DNA of 64,000 nt. Source: Bdellovibrionales bacterium RIFOXYD12_FULL_39_22. Its GTDB lineage: Bacteria > Bdellovibrionota > Bacteriovoracia > Bacteriovoracales > Bacteriovoracaceae. The DNA lies in the NCBI GenBank assembly GCA_001770205.1, contig MEQL01000007.1:1-64000 (forward strand). The letters are read 5' to 3'. This document shows, piece by piece, positions 49,188-57,886 of the stretch (position 1 is the first letter of the stretch; each line of letters opens with the position of its first letter). The position numbers were made by a program, and so were the translations under genes. The notes beneath the pieces were generated by a model. It saw only the letters and a list, made by a program, of their open reading frames with translations, did no database searches and was not told the DNA's origin.

Positions 49188-49583
49188 ATGAACATTTTAT
49201 TACGAGAAAGAGATAATTGGTTAGATAATTTTTGGGGAACAGCATTGGCAGAAAGTAATATTTCGATTCCTGTCAATATTCGGGATGAGAAGGAAAGTTA
49301 CGTGTTAGAGGCGGATTTACCAGGGCAGCTGGAAAAAGATATTAAGATTGAGTTTGATAACGGACTACTTACGATTTCTGGTGAAAGAAAAAATGAGAAG
49401 ACCTCAGAAGAGAGTGGTTTTTTTAGACGAGAGGTTAGTTATGGATCATTCTCGCGCTCTTTTCGCTTTGGTGACTCAGTGGCCGAAGATAAAATTAAGG
49501 CCTCTTATAAAAATGGGGTATTGGAAATAGCTCTGCCAAAAAAAGAGGAGAGAAAACCTAAATTAATTTCTCTCAACCAATAG
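49188..49583 (+). CDS. Hsp20/alpha-crystallin small heat-shock protein
   Basis: ADLPG, LTISGER, YGSFSRSF, ASYKNGVLEI.LPK. Confidence 0.95.
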   Translation: MNILLRERDNWLDNFWGTALAESNISIPVNIRDEKESYVLEADLPGQLEKDIKIEFDNGLLTISGERKNEKTSEESGFFRREVSYGSFSRSFRFGDSVAEDKIKASYKNGVLEIALPKKEERKPKLISLNQ

Positions 49584-49608
49584 TGCATAAATGTTAAAGA
49601 ATTTTAGG

Positions 49609-49652
49609 AAAGGCCGGTGATCATTTAGAATAAATGATCACCGGCCTTTTTT
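49609..49652. terminator. intrinsic terminator, probably bidirectional
   Basis: Perfect 19-bp stem AAAGGCCGGTGATCATTTA-gaa-TAAATGATCACCGGCCTTT plus T-tract, between convergent genes. Confidence 0.9.
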
Positions 49653-49728
49653 ATGGTGTGTGTGAGACAAAACTTAAAGTAGCTATAATCAAAAAACTAA
49701 GCAGAAGAATATTACGATCAAAAGACAT
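49651..49728 (-). CDS. unannotated 25-aa hydrophobic small protein (MSFDRNILLLSFLIIATLSFVSHTP)
   Basis: GGAGG, 6 nt, ATG; single TM-like segment; fills the gap between the HPF-like gene and the terminator. Confidence 0.6.
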   Translation of the reverse strand: MSFDRNILLLSFLIIATLSFVSHTP

Positions 49729-49751
49729 AAGTGGCCTCCGAAAGATACAAG

Positions 49752-50033
49752 TTAAGCAGCATATAAATTGGTATGAATAAATTTGGGCATGCATTTTTCA
49801 TACTGTCTTAGCATTGCTTTTTTTGCGTTAGAAATGGCGCTGTCTAGAGAATAGGAGCTTTTTTCTACGTGTAGATAGCGTCGATTTAGGTGTACGTGAA
49901 TTTTACTTTTAAATTGTCCATGATCTCCCGGAGCGATTACAACTTTAATTTCGTCCGCCTCGGGTAGCTTTTCTTTTAGTTCTTGAAGTAGTTCATTTGA
50001 AAAATCCTTAATTTCCTTTTTGGCGTTTAACAT
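49752..50033 (-). CDS. HPF/RaiA-like ribosome-associated protein
   Basis: About 93 aa; KVVI..., FKSKIHVHL...LHVEK.SYSLDSAISNA.KAMLRQ matches the HPF topology; AAGGAG RBS. Confidence 0.65.
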   Translation of the reverse strand: MLNAKKEIKDFSNELLQELKEKLPEADEIKVVIAPGDHGQFKSKIHVHLNRRYLHVEKSSYSLDSAISNAKKAMLRQYEKCMPKFIHTNLYAA

Positions 50034-50098
50034 AATTTTTTCTCCTTGAAATCGGTTGTTAACCTCGAGAAAGATTCTGCCACGGCCGGAAGTAAAGA

Positions 50099-50126
50099 TT
50101 GTCACTAGTTTGTCAGAAGATTGTCA
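50099..50126 (-). promoter_or_regulatory. three tandem TGACAA direct repeats, 11-bp period (OmpR/PhoB-type binding array)
   Basis: Plus strand TTGTCA at 50099-50104, 50110-50115 and 50121-50126. Confidence 0.7.
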
Positions 50127-50810
50127 TTTTTTCAGTCGATACCCAATCCCGCGTACGGTTTCAATGTCCAGGTCGGGAAATTTTTGTCGTATTTGCAAGA
50201 TATGAGTATCAACGGTGCGAGTTGTTGGGTAATTTTCATACCCCCAAACTTTGTTTAAAATTTCCTCTCTAGGGAAGACGCGGCCAGGAGATTCAACAAA
50301 GAGCTTCAGCAGATCAAACTCCATTTTTGTTACATCAACCAATTTCCCGTTATAGTTGATTTCTCGGCCTTCTAAATTTAAAAGGAGATTTCCAAAAATT
50401 ATCGTTGTTTCATCGGCAGATGCATTATTGTCTTGTTTGCTCATCTTATCGCGTAATTGCACTCTTATTCGAGCAATCAGTTCTCGTGGCTCAAAGGGCT
50501 TGGTTAAATAATCATTAGCACCACTTTCAAGTCCTACGATTTTATCAATTAAATCTGTTCTGGCGGTGAGCATTATTATTGGAGTGGTAATTTTTTTTGA
50601 TCGAAGTTCTTTTAGAAGATCAACTCCTTGGCCGTCTGGGAGCATCCAATCTAAAATAATTAGGTTGGGTTTTTCCCGAGCAATCATCTCTTTAGCATCG
50701 GCCAGGTTGCGGGCCAAGATAGTGGCCAGGCCTTCGCTTTTTAAGTGTGCTAGCAATCCTTGGCCAAGACTCATATCATCTTCAACAATTAAAATTTTAT
50801 TCATTGTCAT
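50124..50810 (-). CDS. OmpR-family response regulator (VxrB/WigR-like)
   Basis: ILDWMLPDG, GANDYLTKPF, VWGYENYPTTRTVDTHILQIRQK. Confidence 0.9.
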   Translation of the reverse strand: MTMNKILIVEDDMSLGQGLLAHLKSEGLATILARNLADAKEMIAREKPNLIILDWMLPDGQGVDLLKELRSKKITTPIIMLTARTDLIDKIVGLESGANDYLTKPFEPRELIARIRVQLRDKMSKQDNNASADETTIIFGNLLLNLEGREINYNGKLVDVTKMEFDLLKLFVESPGRVFPREEILNKVWGYENYPTTRTVDTHILQIRQKFPDLDIETVRGIGYRLKK

Positions 50811-50823
50811 TTTGCTATATCCT

Positions 50824-52455
50824 TCATCCTTTCATTCTTGCATTTGCATCAAGAGGTAGTTGAATTGTAAATGTCGTTGGCCGATTTGAAAAGGTAAGAA
50901 TCCCTCCGAGGTTTTTAACTGTTTTATAAACTATGTTAAGGCCTAGGCCGCTTCCTTCGCTATGACTACCTTTTACAAATTCGGCCGTCAATTTATCCAG
51001 TGTGGAAAATTCGCATTCACCACTGTCGCTGATAGCAATAATTAAAGATTTCTCGGCCTTCTTTAGATTAAGTTTTATGTTAATAGGAGGCCGGCCATGA
51101 GTTTTGGCGTTCTCTATTAGATTTTTGATACAGATATCTATCCAGTATTGATCTATATTTATTGGTAAGTCGGGATCAAGTTTTTGCAGAGTAATGAGTG
51201 TTTCGGGCGTGCTCATATCTTCAACATAGTTTTGGAAAAACTCATTAATGGAGTCAATTTTTGAAATTTGCTGATCCACCTTTTTTCCGAGGTGGAGATA
51301 GTTTTTAGTTTTCTCTGTTAAGCGTTGTAGTCGAAAAACGTTGGTAGCAAGTTGTAAAAAAGGCCCCTGGAGGGTTGTTGGGATTGAGTCCATCATTTTG
51401 TTAATCTGCTCAGTCAGCAGGATCATGCTAGTAACCGGGGTGCGAAATTCATGCGACAGGACTTGAAGGGCCAAGCGTTTTTGCTCTTCCTGTTCGCGTT
51501 GTTGTTTGATTTTTTTTAGCAAAATCCAAACAATTAGCAAAATTGATAAAACCGAAAGTATGAAAAAAGTAATAGTTGTATTGTTAGTTATTGCCAGCAA
51601 GTGCTTGAAGCTATAGTTCCAACAGAGATTTGCCTCGCGAAATTTACAACTGGCGTTAGGCGTTGTTGCAGAGACAACAAATGGAGTATCTTCCAGCGCA
51701 TTATTGAGATCTGATAGTTTGTAGATAAAATAGCTCTTGGAAGAGTCTAGGCGATAAGTAAAAAAGGGGGTTGAGATCTCTTTGCCGCTCGCCCGAAAAA
51801 AAAGTTTTTCTTTGGATAAAAATAACCGGACACTGTTTTCAAAGTATTCAAATTCATTGTCGGACATTTCTAAAATATATTTTAACTGTTCGTTATTGCC
51901 GGCCATGTTTGGCAAGTTCTTTCTCAGAGTGCGAATTTCGGCCGGGGTGATAAGTGGCAAATGTTTTTTGATCCAACTATCTGAGTGAAATTGGCCGTGG
52001 CGGGATTTAATGGCCAGATAGGCGTAACTGTTACCAGAGGGATGTATGGTTGCCCCTGTTTCAAAAAATTCATCCGGCAAATCTGTTCGTTTATTACAGC
52101 GAAATTCCTCCCATACCGTAAATTTGTACGATAGAGCATTATTAAAAAAACTAAAAAAAGAGTTAAAGCAATTTTTATCGGAGGAGTAGTCTATGGAGCG
52201 TTTATCAAAAACATCATTAAAAAATTCGTTAAACAAGCGCATATCGTTATTGCCAATAGATTGCTTGGCAAATAGTTCATCAGAGCTTAGCTTGTCTATC
52301 GGGTTAAGATGTTGGGGGATGGAGATCAAAATTTTTTGAATTGCCACCACATCTGATTCGGGAGGTGTGTAGGATTTATTGGTTAAAAAGAGAAGCCTGG
52401 CCGCAAAGAAGGTCATGATTAGGGCCGTGAATATTAGGGAGGTGTAGAGCTTCAT
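50824..52455 (-). CDS. sensor histidine kinase with DUF3404-like periplasmic domain (VxrA/WigK-like)
   Basis: Two TMs; periplasmic HPSGNSYA and NLCWN with 4 Cys; LSHEFRTP, NLIENA, GLGLNIV. Confidence 0.82.
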   Translation of the reverse strand: MKLYTSLIFTALIMTFFAARLLFLTNKSYTPPESDVVAIQKILISIPQHLNPIDKLSSDELFAKQSIGNNDMRLFNEFFNDVFDKRSIDYSSDKNCFNSFFSFFNNALSYKFTVWEEFRCNKRTDLPDEFFETGATIHPSGNSYAYLAIKSRHGQFHSDSWIKKHLPLITPAEIRTLRKNLPNMAGNNEQLKYILEMSDNEFEYFENSVRLFLSKEKLFFRASGKEISTPFFTYRLDSSKSYFIYKLSDLNNALEDTPFVVSATTPNASCKFREANLCWNYSFKHLLAITNNTTITFFILSVLSILLIVWILLKKIKQQREQEEQKRLALQVLSHEFRTPVTSMILLTEQINKMMDSIPTTLQGPFLQLATNVFRLQRLTEKTKNYLHLGKKVDQQISKIDSINEFFQNYVEDMSTPETLITLQKLDPDLPINIDQYWIDICIKNLIENAKTHGRPPINIKLNLKKAEKSLIIAISDSGECEFSTLDKLTAEFVKGSHSEGSGLGLNIVYKTVKNLGGILTFSNRPTTFTIQLPLDANARMKG

Positions 52456-52587
52456 ATTTTTTTAAGGAGTAATAGTAGTTTTTTATCTTGGCCTTTGCTA
52501 CTAAAAAGTTATAAAGGGAGTTGACCAGGTGAGTAATAAGTGCGAAAAAATTAAGATTATTCAAATATTTTTGAGAGGATTGTTGTT

Positions 52588-53730
52588 ATGGCAAGTGTAG
52601 CAAAAGAACAAAAAATTCAATTCATTGATCTAAATCCACAATATAAAAAAATCGAAAAGCAGGTTCAGGCACGTATAAATAAAGTGCTAAGTCATGCGCA
52701 ATTTATTATGGGGCCGGAGATTGCGGAGTTAGAAACGGTGCTTGCTAAGTTTACTAATTCAAAATATTGTTTGGGAGTGTCTTCTGGAACTGATGCCCTT
52801 TTAATTTCTTTGATGGCATTAGACATTCGCCCTGGGGATGAAGTAGTTGTTCCTGATTTTTCTTTTTTTGCTACAGCAGGAGTTGTTTCTCGCTTAGGCG
52901 CTACCCCTGTTTTTATGGATATTGATGCAAGAACGTATAATCTTGATCCGGCCCTTTTAGAAAAACAAATTACCGCCAAAACACGGGCCATAATCCCGGT
53001 TGGCCTTTATGGCCAGGCAGCAGATTTTGATCGTATTAACGAAATTGCTCAAAAATGTAGCAAAAAATATGGCACCCAAATTATAGTTATCGAAGATGGT
53101 TGTCAGAGTTTCGGGGCCACCTATAAAGGGCGCAAATCCTGCAATTTATCACATATTGGCTGTACTTCTTTTTTTCCCACCAAACCATTGGGGTGTTATG
53201 GAGATGGTGGTGCTATCTTTACCAACGACACGGATTTATATGAGAGAATGAAATCTATTAGAGTTCATGGCCAAATGGGCCGTTACAACCATAAATTGTT
53301 AGGTATAAATGGCCGATTAGATACGATGCAGGCCGCAGTGTTGTTGGCCAAAATGGAAATTTTTGAAGAGGAGATGCGTCTTCGGCAAGAGGTGAGTGCA
53401 AATTATCAAGCGGCCCTCGCACCGGTAGCGGAGAAGCAAAAGATTACACTTCCTTTTATTGAAGAGGGTAATATCTCCGCATGGGCCCAATTTACTGTTT
53501 TATTTGCAAGCGAAAAAGAGCGAAGTGAAGCGCAAAAGCGATTAGAAAGCAATGGAATTCCTACCGCCTGTCACTACCCACGGCCGATGAGTTTGCAGCC
53601 ATACTATCTGGATTTGGGGGTAAAATCCCAATGTCCAATTGCGGCGGACATTGCTTCTCGAGTGATGAGTCTACCGATGTATCCCTATATGGGCAAAAAA
53701 GAGATTAATTTAGTGGCCTCCGCTTTGTAA
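52588..53730 (+). CDS. wbpE: DegT/DnrJ/EryC1 aminotransferase (WbpE/WlbC-like)
   Basis: SSGTDAL, IEDGCQSFGA, SFFPTKPLGCYGDGG, NGRLDT.QAA. Confidence 0.85.
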   Translation: MASVAKEQKIQFIDLNPQYKKIEKQVQARINKVLSHAQFIMGPEIAELETVLAKFTNSKYCLGVSSGTDALLISLMALDIRPGDEVVVPDFSFFATAGVVSRLGATPVFMDIDARTYNLDPALLEKQITAKTRAIIPVGLYGQAADFDRINEIAQKCSKKYGTQIIVIEDGCQSFGATYKGRKSCNLSHIGCTSFFPTKPLGCYGDGGAIFTNDTDLYERMKSIRVHGQMGRYNHKLLGINGRLDTMQAAVLLAKMEIFEEEMRLRQEVSANYQAALAPVAEKQKITLPFIEEGNISAWAQFTVLFASEKERSEAQKRLESNGIPTACHYPRPMSLQPYYLDLGVKSQCPIAADIASRVMSLPMYPYMGKKEINLVASAL

Positions 53731-53805
53731 TCCGTTTGATATAGTGCCCTGGCCCTGTTATAAAAGAACACACATTTTTGGCCTAAAAAAGAGAGGACTT
53801 TGTTT

Positions 53806-54777
53806 ATGTCAACTACCATTGCACTTGTGGGCCTTGGGCGTATTTCCAAGCGTCATATTGAGGCCATTGCCGCCAATCCCCGTCTTAAAATAGTTCAGGT
53901 TTGTGATGTAAAAAAAGAGAAGGCGCAGAAGGCGGCCCTTGCGCTCAATTGTCCTTTCTGTACAGATTATAAAACTATTCGTGGAGCAGAAATTATCTCG
54001 GTTTTGACTCCTTCTGGGATGCATCCTTTGCATGCTCAAGAGATTGCAAATGCCACTGACTGTCGTTATATTGTTGTAGAAAAACCTATTGCTTTGCATG
54101 GTAATGAGGCAGATGCACTTTTTGATGGCGTTGCCAAAGCGGGAAAAACGCTATTACCTGTTTTTCAAAATCGATACAATCCACTAGTGGTTTTTTTAAA
54201 AGAGTTAGTGGCCAGTGGAAGATTGGGCCGAGTTTACTCTTTTGTTTGCAATGTTTTGTGGTCGCGGGATGCTAACTATTTTGCCGATGATTGGCATGGA
54301 ACTCTGGCCGTTGATGGTGGTGTTTTATTTACGCAGGCCAGCCACTACATCGATATGGTGCATTTTCTTTTTGGGCAATTACAAAGTTATACTGGAAAAG
54401 GTGCCAATGAACGTGGATATGAAATTTATGATACCCACTCTATGTCGCTTCACTTTAAAAATGGTGTGATTGGTTCAATTAATTCTACCATCTCCGTTTA
54501 TCGTCAAAACTATATGACCGAATTTACCTTGATGGCCGAGAAGGGAACGATTCGATTGTCGGGAACCAATCTTAATAAAGTGGAGTTTTGGGATGTAGAA
54601 GGGATGGAAAAACCCAATAAGGATTTTGCTATCGATCACATCTATGGGAAAGGCCATGATACTATGTATCAATATATTTTGGATGGCAGTTTTGAAATGT
54701 TTCCCAAAAGAGAAGAGGTTGTCTCGGGTATTCGACTGATGGAAGATTTAAGCTTCCAAGTTTTAACAAAGCGCTAA
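53806..54777 (+). CDS. wbpB: Gfo/Idh/MocA oxidoreductase (WbpB/WlbA-like)
   Basis: VGLGRIS, TPSGMH, VEKP, QNRYN, DGGVLFTQASHYID. Confidence 0.8.
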   Translation: MSTTIALVGLGRISKRHIEAIAANPRLKIVQVCDVKKEKAQKAALALNCPFCTDYKTIRGAEIISVLTPSGMHPLHAQEIANATDCRYIVVEKPIALHGNEADALFDGVAKAGKTLLPVFQNRYNPLVVFLKELVASGRLGRVYSFVCNVLWSRDANYFADDWHGTLAVDGGVLFTQASHYIDMVHFLFGQLQSYTGKGANERGYEIYDTHSMSLHFKNGVIGSINSTISVYRQNYMTEFTLMAEKGTIRLSGTNLNKVEFWDVEGMEKPNKDFAIDHIYGKGHDTMYQYILDGSFEMFPKREEVVSGIRLMEDLSFQVLTKR

Positions 54778-54797
54778 ATTTAAAAAATGGGAGCGGT

Positions 54798-55376
54798 ATG
54801 ATGTCAGAGAAAAATTATTTTGTTCATGAGTCTAGTTACGTTGATGAGGGAGCGGAGATTGGTGAAGGAACCAAGGTATGGCACTTTACACATATTATGC
54901 CTAAGGCCAAAGTAGGGAAGAAGTGTTCAATTGGCCAAAACGTTAATATTGGAAGTACGGCGGTTTTAGGAGATCGAGTTAAGGTTCAAAATAATGTCTC
55001 TATCTATGACAACGTTATAATAAAAGACGATGCTTTCTTAGGGCCATCTTGTGTATTTACCAATGTAATCAATCCGCGCTCTTTTGTGGAACGCAAACAC
55101 GAGTATCGTGATACGGTTGTGGGAAAAGGAGCTTCCATCGGTGCGAATGCCACAATCGTTTGCGGAGTTTCGCTGGGAGATTACTGCTTCGTGGGGGCGG
55201 GGGCGGTTGTGACTAAAGACGTGCCTAATTACGCACTAGTATATGGATCTCCGGCGGTGGCCAAAGGATGGATTTGCTATTGCGGAACAAAATTGGAAAA
55301 AAATTTGACTTGCCCAGATTGTGGTAAGAGATACAAAGAAGAGGCCCATGGCCTAAAAGAGAAGGAAAATTTATGA
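54798..55376 (+). CDS. wbpD: hexapeptide-repeat N-acetyltransferase (WbpD/WlbB-like)
   Basis: VWHF, GQNV, KVQNNVSIY, FTNVINPRS, C-terminal zinc ribbon. Confidence 0.88.
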   Translation: MMSEKNYFVHESSYVDEGAEIGEGTKVWHFTHIMPKAKVGKKCSIGQNVNIGSTAVLGDRVKVQNNVSIYDNVIIKDDAFLGPSCVFTNVINPRSFVERKHEYRDTVVGKGASIGANATIVCGVSLGDYCFVGAGAVVTKDVPNYALVYGSPAVAKGWICYCGTKLEKNLTCPDCGKRYKEEAHGLKEKENL

Positions 55377-56689
55377 GCAGTAACAGTTTTAATGAATTAA
55401 AAAAACAAATTGATGGCAATAAAGAGGTCGTAGGAATTTTAGGCCTTGGCTATGTTGGACTTCCCCTGGCCGTACTTTTTGCTAAGGCCAAAATTAAAGT
55501 GCTAGGGTTTGAAAAAAGCAACAAAAAGGCCAGTGCGGTCAACGAAGGCAAAAATTATATTCCGGATATTTCCGATGCAGATTTGAAAGAGGTTGTAAGC
55601 TCTAAGAAGTTAGTGGCCTTGACGGATTTTTCAAAAATTGCAGAATGTGATGCGTTGATTATTTGTGTGCCAACTCCTTTGGATAAATTTAAGCAACCAG
55701 ACATGAGCTATATTGAGAGTGCTTGTTTGGAGATCGGAAAGTACATGAAGAAAGGGGTTTTTATAAGTCTTGAGAGTACTACTTATCCCACTACTACCGA
55801 AAATGTGATGCGACCGATAATTGAAAAAGAATCAAAAATGAAGGCCGAAGAGGATTTCTTTTTGGCCTTTTCTCCAGAGCGAGTTGATCCAGGTAATGAA
55901 AAATATAATACCTACAACACTCCGAAGGTTTTGGGAGCGGCCAGTGCAAAGGGCATGGAGATTGGAACGGCCTTGTATAAGAAGGCCATTCAAACAATCT
56001 ATCCTGTCTCTTCCCCGCGTGCGGCCGAGATGGTTAAAATTTTGGAGAATACCTATCGTTTGGTTAACATTAGTTTGATGAATGAGTTGGCGTTGCTATG
56101 TGGTAAAATGGATATCAATATTTGGGAAGTAATTGAAGCTGCCAAAACTAAGCCATACGGTTTCCAGGCCTTTTACCCCGGGCCAGGGATTGGTGGCCAC
56201 TGTATCCCTTTGGACCCATTTTACCTTGAATATGTGGCCAAAAATTATGCCTTTGATTTGACCATGATTCACACCGCAGGCCATATCGATAATTTAATGC
56301 CTCATCGTATGACGATCAAAATTACCAGCGCATTAAACAGTCAGAAGAAAGCAATGAATGGTTCGAAAGTACTATTTTTAGGTGTTGCTTACAAAAAAGA
56401 TATTAATGATGAGCGAGAGTCTCCGGCCTTAAAGATTATGGATGAAGTACATAAGAAAGGTGCCGTGGTCACCTATCATGACCCCTATATTCCAGAAGTG
56501 AAAACGGAAGAACATCATACATATAAGAGTGTGGAGTTAAATGCTAAAACAATTGCTGACGCTGATTGCATCGTTATAACTACTAATCACTCTTGTTTTA
56601 ATATCGAATCAATCGTTGAGCAGGCACGATTAGTTGTTGATTTGCGCAATGCTGCTAAAACATCTTCGCCTAAAGTTTATAAGCTGTAG
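55373..56689 (+). CDS. wbpA: UDP-N-acetylglucosamine 6-dehydrogenase (WbpA/WbpO-like)
   Basis: GLGYVGLP, CVPTP, ESTTYP, SPERVDPG, GGHCIP, AYKKDIND.RESP. Confidence 0.88.
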   Translation: MSSNSFNELKKQIDGNKEVVGILGLGYVGLPLAVLFAKAKIKVLGFEKSNKKASAVNEGKNYIPDISDADLKEVVSSKKLVALTDFSKIAECDALIICVPTPLDKFKQPDMSYIESACLEIGKYMKKGVFISLESTTYPTTTENVMRPIIEKESKMKAEEDFFLAFSPERVDPGNEKYNTYNTPKVLGAASAKGMEIGTALYKKAIQTIYPVSSPRAAEMVKILENTYRLVNISLMNELALLCGKMDINIWEVIEAAKTKPYGFQAFYPGPGIGGHCIPLDPFYLEYVAKNYAFDLTMIHTAGHIDNLMPHRMTIKITSALNSQKKAMNGSKVLFLGVAYKKDINDERESPALKIMDEVHKKGAVVTYHDPYIPEVKTEEHHTYKSVELNAKTIADADCIVITTNHSCFNIESIVEQARLVVDLRNAAKTSSPKVYKL

Positions 56690-56727
56690 CGCGCCACCTG
56701 GAGATTTAAAGCAGGCCTCCTCTGTTT

Positions 56728-57630
56728 TTAGAGGAACGCTTTGATTTTATCCGCTTCATACCAATTATGCTTTTTACAAAGAAGCATGAGATTATTGGCA
56801 GAGTGTTCTCCCCCAAGACAAAAGGGATCGATATGATGGAGTTCAACCTGCCAATTAGAATTGCACCTAAGGCCATCTGATCCCAAAAATTCACAACGTC
56901 CACCTCCTCGTTGCCAGATTTGGCGCCTTAGGTGGATGGGAATATATCTTTTATCATGATTAATAACTGACCTATTTTTTTGATCACGACCGGCCGGTTT
57001 GTTTATTGGATCAGAATTTAAAAAAGAGCAGAAGAGTTCTTGCGCCAACTCTTCGTTCATAATTCCATTAGGATATTTATGCGACAACCGCCCTCGAACT
57101 TCTCCTAGATTTTCTTCCAAGTCTCGAGTTAAAATAACCGTCCACCTTCTTTTGCGCTTAATGATTTTATTCTGAATTTCTTCACGATCGGGAGGAGATT
57201 TAAAACAGTTTTCACTTAAGGTTAAAATATATTTTTCTATTAAATTTAAAGTGTCATTTCTACTTGCACCAACGCACAATCTGATTATGGCCAATTTGTT
57301 TTCGGTGGTTATTTTTAAACGTTTGTCGCTAATTACGCGATAAATTTCAATGGCACTTTCCAGCATCAATTCTTCTTTAAAAAAAGAAGCTTTAATTATT
57401 TCATCTTTTAGACATGCCTCCGAAATGGCCGCTAAAAGATAGGTTTGTGCGCGATTGTATTTTAGTCTTGTTGTTAAAAAATCAAAGAGTGAGCCATATC
57501 CCAAGTTTAAAAAAAGTCTTCTTCTTTTAAATTCGACTAGAAAGAGAATAAGATAGCGCTGTAAAAAATCTTGGCCCATTTTAAAGTTAACTATTTTATC
57601 TAATAAAACGGCTGAATTAATATTCATCAT
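56728..57630 (-). CDS. HNH endonuclease with N-terminal helical (DUF222-like) domain
   Basis: RRRLFLNLGYGSLFDF; RYIP..LRRQIW.R...RCE....RC....ELHHI.P...GG....NL.LLC..HN; GGAG RBS. Confidence 0.88.
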   Translation of the reverse strand: MMNINSAVLLDKIVNFKMGQDFLQRYLILFLVEFKRRRLFLNLGYGSLFDFLTTRLKYNRAQTYLLAAISEACLKDEIIKASFFKEELMLESAIEIYRVISDKRLKITTENKLAIIRLCVGASRNDTLNLIEKYILTLSENCFKSPPDREEIQNKIIKRKRRWTVILTRDLEENLGEVRGRLSHKYPNGIMNEELAQELFCSFLNSDPINKPAGRDQKNRSVINHDKRYIPIHLRRQIWQRGGGRCEFLGSDGLRCNSNWQVELHHIDPFCLGGEHSANNLMLLCKKHNWYEADKIKAFL

Positions 57631-57773
57631 GAGAAACTCCAGGGCCCACGATGCAACAATCGGTGTGAGCAAAAGTTGCAATAGCGCAGAATTATTGGGC
57701 CAAAACTAGAATGAAGGGCCGATTGGATTGGCAGAGTACAATTTAGTATTTCGCGACAGAAGCCATGAGTTGT

Positions 57774-57792
57774 TTTGTAAAACTTTTACAAA
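57774..57792. promoter_or_regulatory. perfect palindrome in the divergent HNH/SNF2 intergenic region
   Basis: TTTGTAAAA-C-TTTTACAAA. Confidence 0.5.
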
Positions 57793-57886
57793 CGCTAGGC
57801 CATTTAATGACAAAGATTATAGAGCGTACTATATTGGGCCACTAAATTTCGCAACTAATTATCTTTACTGATTTCAGGAGATTTTT

